The notes: generated by a model not told the origin, from the letters alone. Numbered from the stretch's first letter, positions 49,954 through 58,773 are shown. The stretch: DNA of 64,000 nucleotides from Bacteroidota bacterium (GCA_002748065.1 PDRJ01000025.1:22454-86453), one strand, 5' to 3'. Numbers and translations: made by a program.

Positions 49954-50403
49954 TTAAGTTAAGTTTAACATACACTGTTTGATAAGTTCAGGTTCGTACC
50001 CCTTGGTTATAAGGGAACGGATTATCTTATGATTTATTTCATCACGATTTCTCCCCGTGGTACTTTGGGATTTTTTCTCCCACAACGTTTCAAGTTGAGC
50101 CAAGTATTGATCCTGGGGGATGGTATGCAATGCCTCGTCAATGAGCGAGGCTGCAATTTTCTTATGAACTAAGTGGTAACGGATCTTTATGCGTCCCCAC
50201 TTGTTGGTATGGAATTTACCCCGGACAAAGGCAAAGGCATAACGTTTGTCATCCACATAGGCATTCTCCTTTAACCATTGAACAACCTTCTCACACTCCT
50301 CCCGGGAGGCCTTGTACGACTTAAGTTTGACCCACACTTCATGGGTACATCGCTCTTGGTAAGCGCAGTACTTTGCCAGTTTTGAGGCTAACGATGGGTT
50401 CAT
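49954..50403 (-). CDS. recX: Regulatory protein RecX
   Basis: 149 aa with KYCAYQERCTHEVWVKL...DDKRYAFAFVRGKFHTNKWGRIKI, a typical RecX repeat fold. Confidence 0.85.
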   Translation of the reverse strand: MNPSLASKLAKYCAYQERCTHEVWVKLKSYKASREECEKVVQWLKENAYVDDKRYAFAFVRGKFHTNKWGRIKIRYHLVHKKIAASLIDEALHTIPQDQYLAQLETLWEKKSQSTTGRNRDEINHKIIRSLITKGYEPELIKQCMLNLT

Positions 50404-51095
50404 AGGGTAGCCTTTGTGAGGAGTTCTTCTACCAGTGGGACGACGCCTTGTACCGCTGTTTTCGTGATGAGGGTTAAGTGTTCCACACCCTTTGCCGGTA
50501 GGGCTTTGGGGTCGATGAGGTATTTGGGGATCTCCGGTTTTGCATAGTAGAGCAATCCCGCTGCCGGGTATACCTGCAGCGAGGTGCCGATGACCATAAG
50601 CAGATCTGCTTCGGCCACCATAGGGACGGCCTCTTCGATGGCCGGTACCGCTTCCCCAAACCAGACAATGTGAGGCCTCAGCTGATACCCCCGGGGACAG
50701 TGATCGCCCCAGTTCAATGCCTCGTATCCAATGTCAATGAGGTAACCCGGTGTATGGGTGCTTCGTGCCTTAGTGAGCTCTCCGTGGAGGTGAAGGATGT
50801 GGGTAGACCCGGCTCGCTCATGGAGGTTATCCACATTTTGGGTGATGATATCCACATGGTATCTCTCTTCCAGACGCGCCAACGCCCGGTGAGCATCGTT
50901 GGGCTCCACCTCTCCCAACTGTTTTCGACGTTGGTTGTAAAAGGTTAAGACCCGCTGGGGGTCCTCTTCCCACCCCTGGGGGGAGGCGACCTCTTCAATC
51001 CGATGATTTTCCCATAAACCGTTGGAGTCGCGAAAGGTAGAGATGCCACTCTCTGCACTCATTCCGGCTCCTGTTAAGATGACAATACGTTTCAT
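50400..51095 (-). CDS. cobB: NAD-dependent protein deacylase (Sir2/CobB family)
   Basis: Start at MKRIVILTGAGMSAESGISTFRD. Also QNVDNLHERAG and HLHG motifs. It overlaps recX by 4 nt. Confidence 0.9.
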   Translation of the reverse strand: MKRIVILTGAGMSAESGISTFRDSNGLWENHRIEEVASPQGWEEDPQRVLTFYNQRRKQLGEVEPNDAHRALARLEERYHVDIITQNVDNLHERAGSTHILHLHGELTKARSTHTPGYLIDIGYEALNWGDHCPRGYQLRPHIVWFGEAVPAIEEAVPMVAEADLLMVIGTSLQVYPAAGLLYYAKPEIPKYLIDPKALPAKGVEHLTLITKTAVQGVVPLVEELLTKATL

Positions 51096-51311
51096 TCGAT
51101 CCCTTTGGGACAAAGATAGTATTTCCATTGTATAATCCCTTTACCATGCGATGGAATAATGCGAGAAAAGAGTGAAACCTCAGAACTCCAGAGAAGTAAA
51201 AGATCTTTTGTTTCGGTGAGAGGTAACGTGTTTGGTAAGCTTCCCCCCTAATACTAAAAAAACCTTGGCTATTGCCAGGTGCTAACCATTTCATTTTTGA
51301 GTTGAAAGTAG

Positions 51312-51319
51312 TAGCTTTG
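51312..51319 (+). promoter_or_regulatory. Candidate -7 promoter box (TAGCTTTG) for the porin-permease pair
   Basis: TAnnTTTG match 22 nt upstream of the ATG at 51342. Confidence 0.4.
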
Positions 51320-51341
51320 ACGACTCATAAAAAACACGAGT

Positions 51342-52028
51342 ATGAAAAAAATGTTCCTTTTCGTCGGTTTGCTTGTTTTGACGACGGTAATTAGTGCACA
51401 AAACATTCAATTACATTATGATTTTGGTGAGGGAAGAAAGCTTTTTACCTCTACCGTTGAGATGTTTAAACCGGATAGTTACGGTGCTACTTTTTTCTTT
51501 ATAGATATGGATTACAGCGCTTCTGATCGGAATGTGGATAACGGCATCTCGTTGGCCTATTGGGAGATCGCCAGGGCGTTCAAATGGCGTGAAAAACAGA
51601 CCTTGATGCCTCGTGTGGAGTACAATGGAGGTACCTTCAAACTTGATGGGGTGGAGACAGGCTTTATTCCCATTGAAAATAGTTGGCTGGTCGGGGTTGA
51701 AAATACCTGGGCCTCCAGTGATTATTCCAAAATAGTTACCTTGATTGCCAACTATAAATACATTCAAGGCAAAGAGAACCTCTCTTTCCAGCTTACGGCC
51801 GTATGGACCCTTAAGATGCTGGCTGGAAAACTTACCTTCAACGGCTTTGCCGACTTTTGGAAAGAGGAGATGTTTTGGGGAACCGATTTTCGTTTCTTGA
51901 GTGAACCACAACTTTGGTACAACTTCAATGACCATTTTTCTCTCGGGGGAGAGGTGGAGTTAAGCAATAACTTCATTGGTGATAAATTTGCCGTCAATCC
52001 CACCGTGGGGGTGAAGTACGTTTTCTAA
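51342..52028 (+). CDS. Small outer-membrane beta-barrel, Tsx-like / DUF5020-type (putative nucleoside channel)
   Basis: 228 aa with a signal peptide. NIQLHYDFGEGRK...FFFIDMDYS, alternating beta-strand pattern and a C-terminal aromatic residue (KYVF). Family assigned from memory. Confidence 0.55.
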   Translation: MKKMFLFVGLLVLTTVISAQNIQLHYDFGEGRKLFTSTVEMFKPDSYGATFFFIDMDYSASDRNVDNGISLAYWEIARAFKWREKQTLMPRVEYNGGTFKLDGVETGFIPIENSWLVGVENTWASSDYSKIVTLIANYKYIQGKENLSFQLTAVWTLKMLAGKLTFNGFADFWKEEMFWGTDFRFLSEPQLWYNFNDHFSLGGEVELSNNFIGDKFAVNPTVGVKYVF

Positions 52029-52044
52029 CCTTAAATGCATAGCA

Positions 52045-53337
52045 ATGTTTGAAAAATTCTTTAAACTCAAAGAGAGTGGTACTACCGTAAGAACCGAGAT
52101 TCTTGCCGGTATCACCACATTTATGACCATGGCCTATATCCTGGCGGTAAACCCGGATATTTTGAGCAGTACCGGTATGGATAAGAATGCGCTGTTTACC
52201 GCTACTGCGCTCTCTGCTTTTATTGCAACGATGGTGATGGCCTTTGTGGCTCGACTTCCTTTTGCGTTAGCACCGGGTATGGGACTGAATGCCTTCTTTG
52301 CCTTTACCGTGGTGTTGGGCATGGGATACAGTTGGCAGTTTGCCCTGACGGCGGTGTTCTTAGAAGGAATTATTTTTCTTATTCTTACCCTGTTTAATAT
52401 CAGGGAGTTGATTGTAAATGCCATTCCGCTCTCCCTGAAGCATGCGGTATCGGCAGGTATTGGCCTGTTTATTGCCTTTATCGGCATGCAGAATGCCGGT
52501 ATTATTGTTAATAATGATGCCACATTGGTATCGTTGGGCGATATGGGATCCGCCCCGGTGTTAATCGCCATTGGAGGCGTGATCCTCATGGCAGTACTCC
52601 TTATCCTCAAGGTGAAAGGGGCTTTGTTGATCGGTATTTTTGCGGCCACCGTTGTGGGCATCCCCTTGCATGTGACCCATCTTCCTGAGGGAAGCCTGAT
52701 TACCTTACCACCCTCTTTGGAACCCACCTTCTTCAAATTTACGTTTGAGCATATCTTCTCTTTGGATATGCTGGTGGTGTTCTTCACCTTCCTGTTTGTG
52801 GATATGTTTGATACCGTGGGAACCCTGGTGGGGGTCTCTTCAAAAGCGGGAATGTTGGATAAAAAGGGGCGTGTGCCACGGGTGAAGCAGGCTTTCCTGG
52901 CTGACTCCATCGGAACCTTTGTTGGCGCTATTTTGGGAACAAGTACGGTGACCACCTATGTGGAGAGTGCTTCCGGCGTTTCGGAGGGCGGACGGACCGG
53001 CCTTACCTCTTTCGTTACAGGGCTTTTCTTCCTGTTAGCGCTGTTTTTTGCGCCACTGTTTATCATGGTACCCCCATCTGCTACGGCTCCGGCACTGATA
53101 CTGGTGGGTTTCTTTATGATGTCACCCATTCTTAAGATTGATTTTAATAACTATACGGAAGCGATTCCCGCTTTTATCACCATTCTTGTTATGCCGTTGA
53201 CTTATAGTATTGCGGAAGGAATTGTTTTTGGGATGCTCTCTTATGTGTTGTTAAAGCTGCTTACCGGGAAGTTTAAGGATCTCTCTTTGGTGATGATTAT
53301 TTTGGCCATCCTTTTCCTTTTGAAGTTCCTGATTTAG
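52045..53337 (+). CDS. NCS2-family purine permease (AzgA/PbuG-like adenine/guanine/hypoxanthine transporter)
   Basis: 430 aa with TTVRTEILAGITTFMTMAYILAVNP and ALAPGMGLNAFFAFTVV, both typical of the family. Confidence 0.9.
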   Translation: MFEKFFKLKESGTTVRTEILAGITTFMTMAYILAVNPDILSSTGMDKNALFTATALSAFIATMVMAFVARLPFALAPGMGLNAFFAFTVVLGMGYSWQFALTAVFLEGIIFLILTLFNIRELIVNAIPLSLKHAVSAGIGLFIAFIGMQNAGIIVNNDATLVSLGDMGSAPVLIAIGGVILMAVLLILKVKGALLIGIFAATVVGIPLHVTHLPEGSLITLPPSLEPTFFKFTFEHIFSLDMLVVFFTFLFVDMFDTVGTLVGVSSKAGMLDKKGRVPRVKQAFLADSIGTFVGAILGTSTVTTYVESASGVSEGGRTGLTSFVTGLFFLLALFFAPLFIMVPPSATAPALILVGFFMMSPILKIDFNNYTEAIPAFITILVMPLTYSIAEGIVFGMLSYVLLKLLTGKFKDLSLVMIILAILFLLKFLI

Positions 53338-53390
53338 GAGAAGTAAGGAGATGATGAAGACCGCTGGTTTTTTTACCAGCATAAATGCAT

Positions 53391-53456
53391 AAAAGCGAGA
53401 AGGCTTACTGCCGGTACCCTATCGGGGAAACTCTGGCAGCAAGCCTTCTCGCTTTT
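53391..53456. terminator. Long bidirectional hairpin between permease and osmC (convergent)
   Basis: aaaagcgagaaggcttactgcc ... ggcagcaagccttctcgctttt: a 22-bp stem with one G-U position, a 22-nt loop, and A/T tails within the stem ends. Confidence 0.7.
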
Positions 53457-53477
53457 ATTAAACAATATCCTAATGGA

Positions 53478-53906
53478 TTAAGCTAATAGCGTTTTGATGA
53501 CACTTTGGCCGACGATATTATCGGCAACGGGACATCTTTTTCCGATTTTTTCAATGAACTGTTGCTTCTCTTCGGTTGTCATGTCTGCATCCACATTTAC
53601 GTGAAGTCTGATCTCTTGAAAACCGGCTCTTCCCTCTTCTGTTTTTCCCAGTAGAAACTCTTTATCGATATCACCCTCTACAACTACGTCGATCATCTTT
53701 ACGTTGAGACGCTCTTGTCTGGCGATAATCCTTCCAATGGCACAGATACATCCGCCCAGGGAGGAGAGAAAAAATTCAAGAGGGTTGGGACCCATATCGG
53801 ATCCTCCCATGGGTTGGGGTTGGTCAATGACAAAGGGGTGTGAGCAAGTAACATCCGTTTTGAACCCTTCGTTCACTTTGGTTTCGACCTTCATTGTTGT
53901 TGTCAT
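53478..53906 (-). CDS. OsmC-family peroxiredoxin-like protein
   Basis: 142 aa. GPNPLEFFLSSLGGCI, plus a second Cys in KRCPVADN. Confidence 0.85.
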   Translation of the reverse strand: MTTTMKVETKVNEGFKTDVTCSHPFVIDQPQPMGGSDMGPNPLEFFLSSLGGCICAIGRIIARQERLNVKMIDVVVEGDIDKEFLLGKTEEGRAGFQEIRLHVNVDADMTTEEKQQFIEKIGKRCPVADNIVGQSVIKTLLA

Positions 53907-54214
53907 ATTCGTATGTTTTATAAGGTTTATTGTGCAATATTACGATATAATATGTGATTTCAGCGGCTTTTTTATGGATATTTTTAGGGTTTGTTATATC
54001 CTCTTTTTTGCATATTTAATTGCCTCTCCTTTTGAGGGTTACGGTGTGGGTAAGGGGTGGCTGTTTTTTTTAGGAAGCAGAAGGGTAGAGAGGGTGGTGT
54101 AGGGTATGGCATCGTCGCTCTCGTTGCACCCCTGAAGAAAAGAAAAAGAATGGGGGAGGGAGAGGGTTGCTGTATCCGAAAAAGTTCTTATCTTGGGAAA
54201 AAATAAGATTGATT

Positions 54215-55597
54215 ATGAGTTATCGTGAAGTACAAGATACCATGGGGGTGATGCATGTTCCTGAGGCGTGTTATTGGGGAGCACAGACCCAACGTTCGTT
54301 GGAGAATTTTAAGATTGGCCAGGAGAAGATGCCGCTGGAGCTGCTCTATGCGCTGGTGTTGGTGAAAAAAGCCTCAGCCATGGCGAACCATGAGCTTGGA
54401 AAGTTGGAGCTGGAAAAGCGTGAGCTGATTGTGGAGGTGTGTGATGAGATTCTTGCCGGTCGCCATGATGCCCACTTTCCCCTGCGGGTATGGCAGTCGG
54501 GTTCCGGCACACAAACCAACATGAATGTCAATGAGGTGATTGCCTTTAGGGGTAATGTGTTGGCCAACGAGAGGGGGATCTCGGTACGGCTTCATCCCAA
54601 TGATGATGTAAACAGTTCTCAGAGTACCAATGATACCTTTCCCTCGGCCATGCGAATTGCTGTGTACACCCTTATCACCGGGAAATTAATCCCTGCGCTC
54701 TCTCTCCTGGAGGAGGAGCTTCACCGGAAGGCCCTTGCCTTTGCTGCCATTGTGAAGACGGGACGAACTCACTTAATGGATGCTACTCCCCTGACCCTGG
54801 GGCAGGAGGTTGACACCTGGGCATCGCAACTTTCGCACGGGCTCTCCCGTCTACGGAAGATCATGGCATCTCTCCTGGAGCTTCCGCTGGGTGGTACCGC
54901 CGTAGGCAATGGTCTCAATACTCCGGAGGGTTATGATGGGGTGGTGGTTCGCTATGTGGCGGCCCTGTCGGGTGTGCCGTTTCTCCCTGCCCCGTCTAAG
55001 TTTGAGGCCATGGCCTCCCACGACGCCCTGGTGGCATGTCATGGTGCCTTGAAAGGCCTTGCCGTGAGCCTTATGAAGATCGCCCATGATGTCCGCTTGT
55101 TGGGCTCTGGCCCGCGTTGCGGCATTGGAGAACTTCGTTTCCCTGCCAATGAACCGGGCTCCAGCATCATGCCGGGGAAAGTGAACCCCACCCAAGCCGA
55201 AGCACTCTCCATGGTGTGTGTACAGGTGATCGGCAATGATACAGCCGTCTCTTTGGCCGGAGCAAATGGCCATTTACAGCTGAATGCTAATGCTCCGGTG
55301 ATCATCCTCAATATGATCCACTCCATCAACCTGCTCTCCGATGCGGCCGACTCCTTTGCGCGAAAGGTGGTGGTAGGACTGGAGGCTTCCCAGGAGAAAA
55401 TCACCGAACATCTTAATAATTCATTGATGCTTGTGACCGCTCTCAACCTCCATATCGGGTATGAAAAGGCGGCGCAGGTTGCCAAACTAGCCTTCGAGAA
55501 ACAACTCACCTTAAAGCAAGCGGCCATGCAGCTGGGGTATCTCTCAGAGGAAGCCTTTGACCGGATTGTGGACCCCAGGAAAATGGCAGGCTTGTAA
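54215..55597 (+). CDS. fumC: Class II fumarate hydratase
   Basis: Start at MSYREVQDTMG. WQSGSGTQTNMNVNEV and GSSIMPGKVNPTQAEAL are FumC-type rather than AspA-type. Confidence 0.92.
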   Translation: MSYREVQDTMGVMHVPEACYWGAQTQRSLENFKIGQEKMPLELLYALVLVKKASAMANHELGKLELEKRELIVEVCDEILAGRHDAHFPLRVWQSGSGTQTNMNVNEVIAFRGNVLANERGISVRLHPNDDVNSSQSTNDTFPSAMRIAVYTLITGKLIPALSLLEEELHRKALAFAAIVKTGRTHLMDATPLTLGQEVDTWASQLSHGLSRLRKIMASLLELPLGGTAVGNGLNTPEGYDGVVVRYVAALSGVPFLPAPSKFEAMASHDALVACHGALKGLAVSLMKIAHDVRLLGSGPRCGIGELRFPANEPGSSIMPGKVNPTQAEALSMVCVQVIGNDTAVSLAGANGHLQLNANAPVIILNMIHSINLLSDAADSFARKVVVGLEASQEKITEHLNNSLMLVTALNLHIGYEKAAQVAKLAFEKQLTLKQAAMQLGYLSEEAFDRIVDPRKMAGL

Positions 55598-55598
55598 A

Positions 55599-55772
55599 TA
55601 GAGTCCGTCTATAACGTCCGACTTCTTCGTTACGCTTCTCTTCCAAATGGTTCTTTCGGCTTTGCTCAACACATCGCATTTACCCTAGTAAACTCCCCTA
55701 TTTCAGCCTTCGCAAGCCTCGAATTCGAACGTTCTATACAGCCTCTTCTCAAAACGCTGACTTTATGGACAG
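55599..55772 (+). mobile_element. R1 MITE-like repeat, copy A (174 bp)
   Basis: Aligns without gaps to the reverse complement of 58842-59015, with 9 mismatches in 174 and the last 86 nt identical. 14-bp terminal inverted repeats (c)CGTCTATAACGTC / GACTTTATGGACAG. No ORF. Confidence 0.7.
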
Positions 55773-57379
55773 TCTTGTGGGGTAGAGGAAGAGACGGGGA
55801 TCGTCCGCACGGGGAGATAGACCATTCCTTTACAGAGGTAAACATACTTTTTTTTGGCAATCTTTCGGCCTCGCCTGATGCAGATGGAGTCATAACAGGT
55901 GATCTCTTTAAAAAGTCCCTTGTACTGAGTATCTGGTTTGAAGTAATCCTGAGGGTCGTGGATGGCCCAGCCATTCATCCCCCTTTGGAAGGGGCCTCGC
56001 TCTTCGTTGATCCAGGCGTATTTGTGGAGTCTTGGCAGGAGGTTTATTCCCATTACCTCGATGCCTGCGTCGTGCGCAAAATAGTATTCGTAGTTGGCGG
56101 CGGGAAACCAACGGTGTGAAAAGATGGGCGCCTCTGCTTCCATCACTCCCTCTGCAAGAGCTCTTTGTCGAATTGCGCGAAACTGTCGTCCCTCTTCATC
56201 CCAGCCGTAAAGGTCGAGTGTGGGATCCGGAAGGTGGTAGGTGGTTAAGGGGATAAAACCGGTTTTGATCTGAATCCAGGAGACGGTTAAAAACAGACAT
56301 AGTGAGAGGAGAGCGGTGCGAATCCCCCGGGGAATAAGGTTGTGGTTTTGCTGTTTCCAATGATCAAAACGGCAGGCTGTGAGGATCATCAGGGGGAAGA
56401 ATGCCGGACCCGTCCAATGGGGAAGGGTTCGCCTTGAGAGGGCTATGCCCCAAAAGAGCAGTATCATGGGGATACTCAGCAGCAGAAGGAGCCGCTGCGT
56501 GTTTTTGGGACAAAAGGATTTTCCTCTTACGAGATGGATCAGGGTGATCACCATCAGCACCACCACCACCGGATTGTTGTAGAAGAATTCGCCCACGATC
56601 TCCAGCAGAAAAAAGTCCAACCGGATACCCTCAAAGGTGGCCCTGCTGCCCTGAAAGGTGAAGCTGACAAAATGATACTGCCTATTCCAGAGGATCACCG
56701 GGGAGAAGAGAAGGAGGGAGAGAAGTCCTGAGAGGTAGAGGGCAATCTTCTTTAACCAGGGCCTGTTGTAAAGTAGCACGTACAATCCGACCCCCGCCCA
56801 CAGGTAGGTGGCTGTATACTTTGAGAGCATCCCCAGGCCGGTGAAAAGGCCAGCCAATAGCATCTTCTTTCCCGCTCCTCGCTCTTCCGGGTTCCCGGTA
56901 AGCGGATCGTGAAAGAAATAGAGCGCCGCAAGCCAGAAAAGCATCTGGGGCGCATCAGGAAGGATGAAGAGCCCCGCAATGATGGAGGCATAACCCGAGG
57001 CCGAGAAGAGCAATGCCGCATAAAAGCCGGCTCTGGGGGAACGGATTTTTTCCGTTAAGAGGTAGAGGAACCAGGTGGCTCCAGCAGCTGATAAAATGGC
57101 GCTGAGACGGATGAAAATCTCGTGGCGTAGAAGCAAATTCAGGGAGGAAAGTTGAATAAATAGCCCCGTCATCGGGGGATGGTCGAAGTGGCTCCAGTCG
57201 GGAAACATGGCGTAAAGGATGTAATAGACCTCGTCATTGCCAAGATCCGTAGTCGCCGCTGGAAAGAGCTTAAGAAGGAGAGCCAGCCCTATCACCACCA
57301 GGGTTAACCGACGAAATCGTTTCCGTTGCTGATCTTTTTTTATCGCCATGTGATCCATGTTCAATTCTCCATTCGTCAT
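55763..57379 (-). CDS. GT-C fold glycosyltransferase, family 39 / ArnT-PMT-like
   Basis: 538 aa, polytopic. The first loop carries LGNDEVYY (DE motif) followed by FDHPPM, typical of ArnT/PMT_2 enzymes. The start (57379 or a downstream ATG) is uncertain. The last three codons (TGT CCA TAA) lie inside R1 copy A. Confidence 0.85.
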   Translation of the reverse strand: MTNGELNMDHMAIKKDQQRKRFRRLTLVVIGLALLLKLFPAATTDLGNDEVYYILYAMFPDWSHFDHPPMTGLFIQLSSLNLLLRHEIFIRLSAILSAAGATWFLYLLTEKIRSPRAGFYAALLFSASGYASIIAGLFILPDAPQMLFWLAALYFFHDPLTGNPEERGAGKKMLLAGLFTGLGMLSKYTATYLWAGVGLYVLLYNRPWLKKIALYLSGLLSLLLFSPVILWNRQYHFVSFTFQGSRATFEGIRLDFFLLEIVGEFFYNNPVVVVLMVITLIHLVRGKSFCPKNTQRLLLLLSIPMILLFWGIALSRRTLPHWTGPAFFPLMILTACRFDHWKQQNHNLIPRGIRTALLSLCLFLTVSWIQIKTGFIPLTTYHLPDPTLDLYGWDEEGRQFRAIRQRALAEGVMEAEAPIFSHRWFPAANYEYYFAHDAGIEVMGINLLPRLHKYAWINEERGPFQRGMNGWAIHDPQDYFKPDTQYKGLFKEITCYDSICIRRGRKIAKKKYVYLCKGMVYLPVRTIPVSSSTPQDCP

Positions 57380-57441
57380 TGCCAGTTGCTTCGCAAACTT
57401 TGAGTTTCATCCGTCTGTATCTTAATAGCCGTTGGCTATTG

Positions 57442-57591
57442 GCCTTTAGTTTGGGTTAATGGCAACGTTCACAAAAAGTTATCACTCAACTTCCGTCTTC
57501 CGACTTCTGTCTTCTGTCTTCGGACTTCGGTCTCCCGACTTCCGACTTCCGACTTCATTACCATATCGCCGCATTATCACATTACCACATT
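57442..57591 (-). repeat. R2 composite repeat, copy 1
   Basis: Read on the minus strand: TGGTAATGTGATAATGCGG, then 10 heptads, then TTTTTGTGAACGTTGCCATTAACCCAAACTAAAGGC. The last block matches 61190-61225 at 33 of 36 positions. Confidence 0.65.
57490..57559. repeat. Imperfect 7-bp tandem array, 10 units (CTTCCGA consensus)
   Basis: cttccgt cttccga cttctgt cttctgt cttcgga cttcggt ctcccga cttccga cttccga cttcatt. Confidence 0.85.
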
Positions 57592-57616
57592 AAAAAAATT
57601 ACTAATTGCTAATTCC

Positions 57617-58747
57617 CTATCGGTAGAAGTCGAAAATTGCCTGGATCACATAATCGATCTCCTGTTCCGTTAAGGCGTAGAAAAGGGGCAATCGGATAAG
57701 GGCCTGAGAGAATCGCTCCGCATGGGGTAGCGAGGAGGTGCCGTATGTTCGGCGGTAGTACGGACTGTGATGCAATGCCTGGTAGTGGAAAACTGCCTGG
57801 ATCCCCCTGCTATGCAGATGGTGAAGAAGCCGATCTCGCTCTTCTCTTGATTTGGCTACCATATAAAAGAGGTGTCCGTTAAGGCTGGCAAAAGCGGGAA
57901 GTTGGGGCAATAGAAGGTTTTCGCGTTCTTGCAGCGGCCTGAGCCCGCTGGCATAGCGTTCCCAATGGCGAATCCTTCGTGCCTGAATGGGGTCAACCTC
58001 CTCCATTTGAGCACAAAGGCACGCTCCGGTGAGGTCGGAGGGAAGGAAGGAGGAACCCACATCAACCCACTCATACTTTTGCACCTCTTTGCGCTGAAAG
58101 GCTGCTCTGTTAGTGCCCTTCTCCCAGATGATCTCTGCCCGTTCACACAGGCGCTCGTCGTTAACGAGCAGCATGCCTCCCTCTCCGGTGATGATGTTTT
58201 TTGTTTCGTGGAATGAGAGCGCTCCGAGCTGCCCAATACTTCCCAGGGGTTTGCCCTTGTACGTTGCTTCAATGCTGTGGGCAGCATCTTCCACCACCTT
58301 CAGGCCGTGGGCTTCAGCAATGGCAAGGATGGCCTCCATATCGTTGGCTACACCGCCGTAGTGCATAACCAGGATCGCTTTGGTTTGGGGGGTGATCAGG
58401 CGCTCCAATGTGCCAATATCCATGTTGGGATGCTCTGGCATACTGTCAACGAAGACCACCCTGGCACCCCGCAGCACAAAGGCGTTGGCCGAGGAGACAA
58501 AGGTGTAGGACGGCATGATGACCTCGTCACCCGGCCCGATCTCAAAAAGGAGAGCCGCCATTTCCAGGGCATCGGTGCAACTGGTGGTGAGCAGGCTCCT
58601 GGTCACGCCATACCGGTTACAGAATAGCGCTTGGGCGCGCCGTGTGTAGGGACCATTGCCCGAGAGTTGCCCCTGCATGGCCGCCTGTACAAGGTATTGT
58701 TGTTCCTTTCCGGTGAAATGAGGCTTGTTGAACGGTATCTGCATCAT
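57617..58747 (-). CDS. DegT/DnrJ/EryC1-family PLP aminotransferase, WecE-like (dTDP-4-amino-4,6-dideoxyhexose synthesis)
   Basis: 376 aa. MMQIPFNKPHFTGKE, SCTDALEMAALL, IMPSYTFVSSANAFVLRGARVVFVD and SFHETKN (PLP lysine) closely recall E. coli WecE/RffA. Confidence 0.88.
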   Translation of the reverse strand: MMQIPFNKPHFTGKEQQYLVQAAMQGQLSGNGPYTRRAQALFCNRYGVTRSLLTTSCTDALEMAALLFEIGPGDEVIMPSYTFVSSANAFVLRGARVVFVDSMPEHPNMDIGTLERLITPQTKAILVMHYGGVANDMEAILAIAEAHGLKVVEDAAHSIEATYKGKPLGSIGQLGALSFHETKNIITGEGGMLLVNDERLCERAEIIWEKGTNRAAFQRKEVQKYEWVDVGSSFLPSDLTGACLCAQMEEVDPIQARRIRHWERYASGLRPLQERENLLLPQLPAFASLNGHLFYMVAKSREERDRLLHHLHSRGIQAVFHYQALHHSPYYRRTYGTSSLPHAERFSQALIRLPLFYALTEQEIDYVIQAIFDFYR

Positions 58748-58765
58748 CCCCTATCCTTTTTTAGA

Positions 58766-58773
58766 CAAAGGTA
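58766..58773 (-). promoter_or_regulatory. Candidate -7 promoter box (TACCTTTG) for the aminotransferase gene
   Basis: TAnnTTTG match on the minus strand, 18 nt upstream of the ATG at 58747, between R1 copy B and the gene. Confidence 0.4.

Noticed and set aside
50400-51095. SIR2-domain protein as a possible anti-phage effector (Thoeris/DSR-like)
   Set aside because: It is a short, stand-alone CobB-type sirtuin with canonical motifs, fused to no extra domain, and embedded in a housekeeping array (recX, prfB, ruvA).
51129-51341. Purine riboswitch upstream of the porin-permease pair
   Set aside because: The conserved purine-riboswitch loop and junction sequences are absent. The region starts with tataatccc, but the similarity does not continue.
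55591-55780. CTTGT on both sides of R1 copy A as a 5-bp target-site duplication
   Set aside because: Removing the element plus one CTTGT would delete the fumC stop codon and extend fumC by more than 100 codons. Copy B shows no equivalent duplication, so this is probably coincidence.
57380-57441. AAAGTTTG (complement of 57394-57401) as the GT39 promoter -7 box
   Set aside because: It deviates from TAnnTTTG at the conserved TA, so I did not list it as a feature. It remains a possible weak promoter.
57490-57559. Heptad array considered as a CRISPR array or coding repeat
   Set aside because: The 7-bp units have no spacers, no cas genes are nearby, and no ORF covers the array. It is a microsatellite-like tandem repeat, not a CRISPR array.
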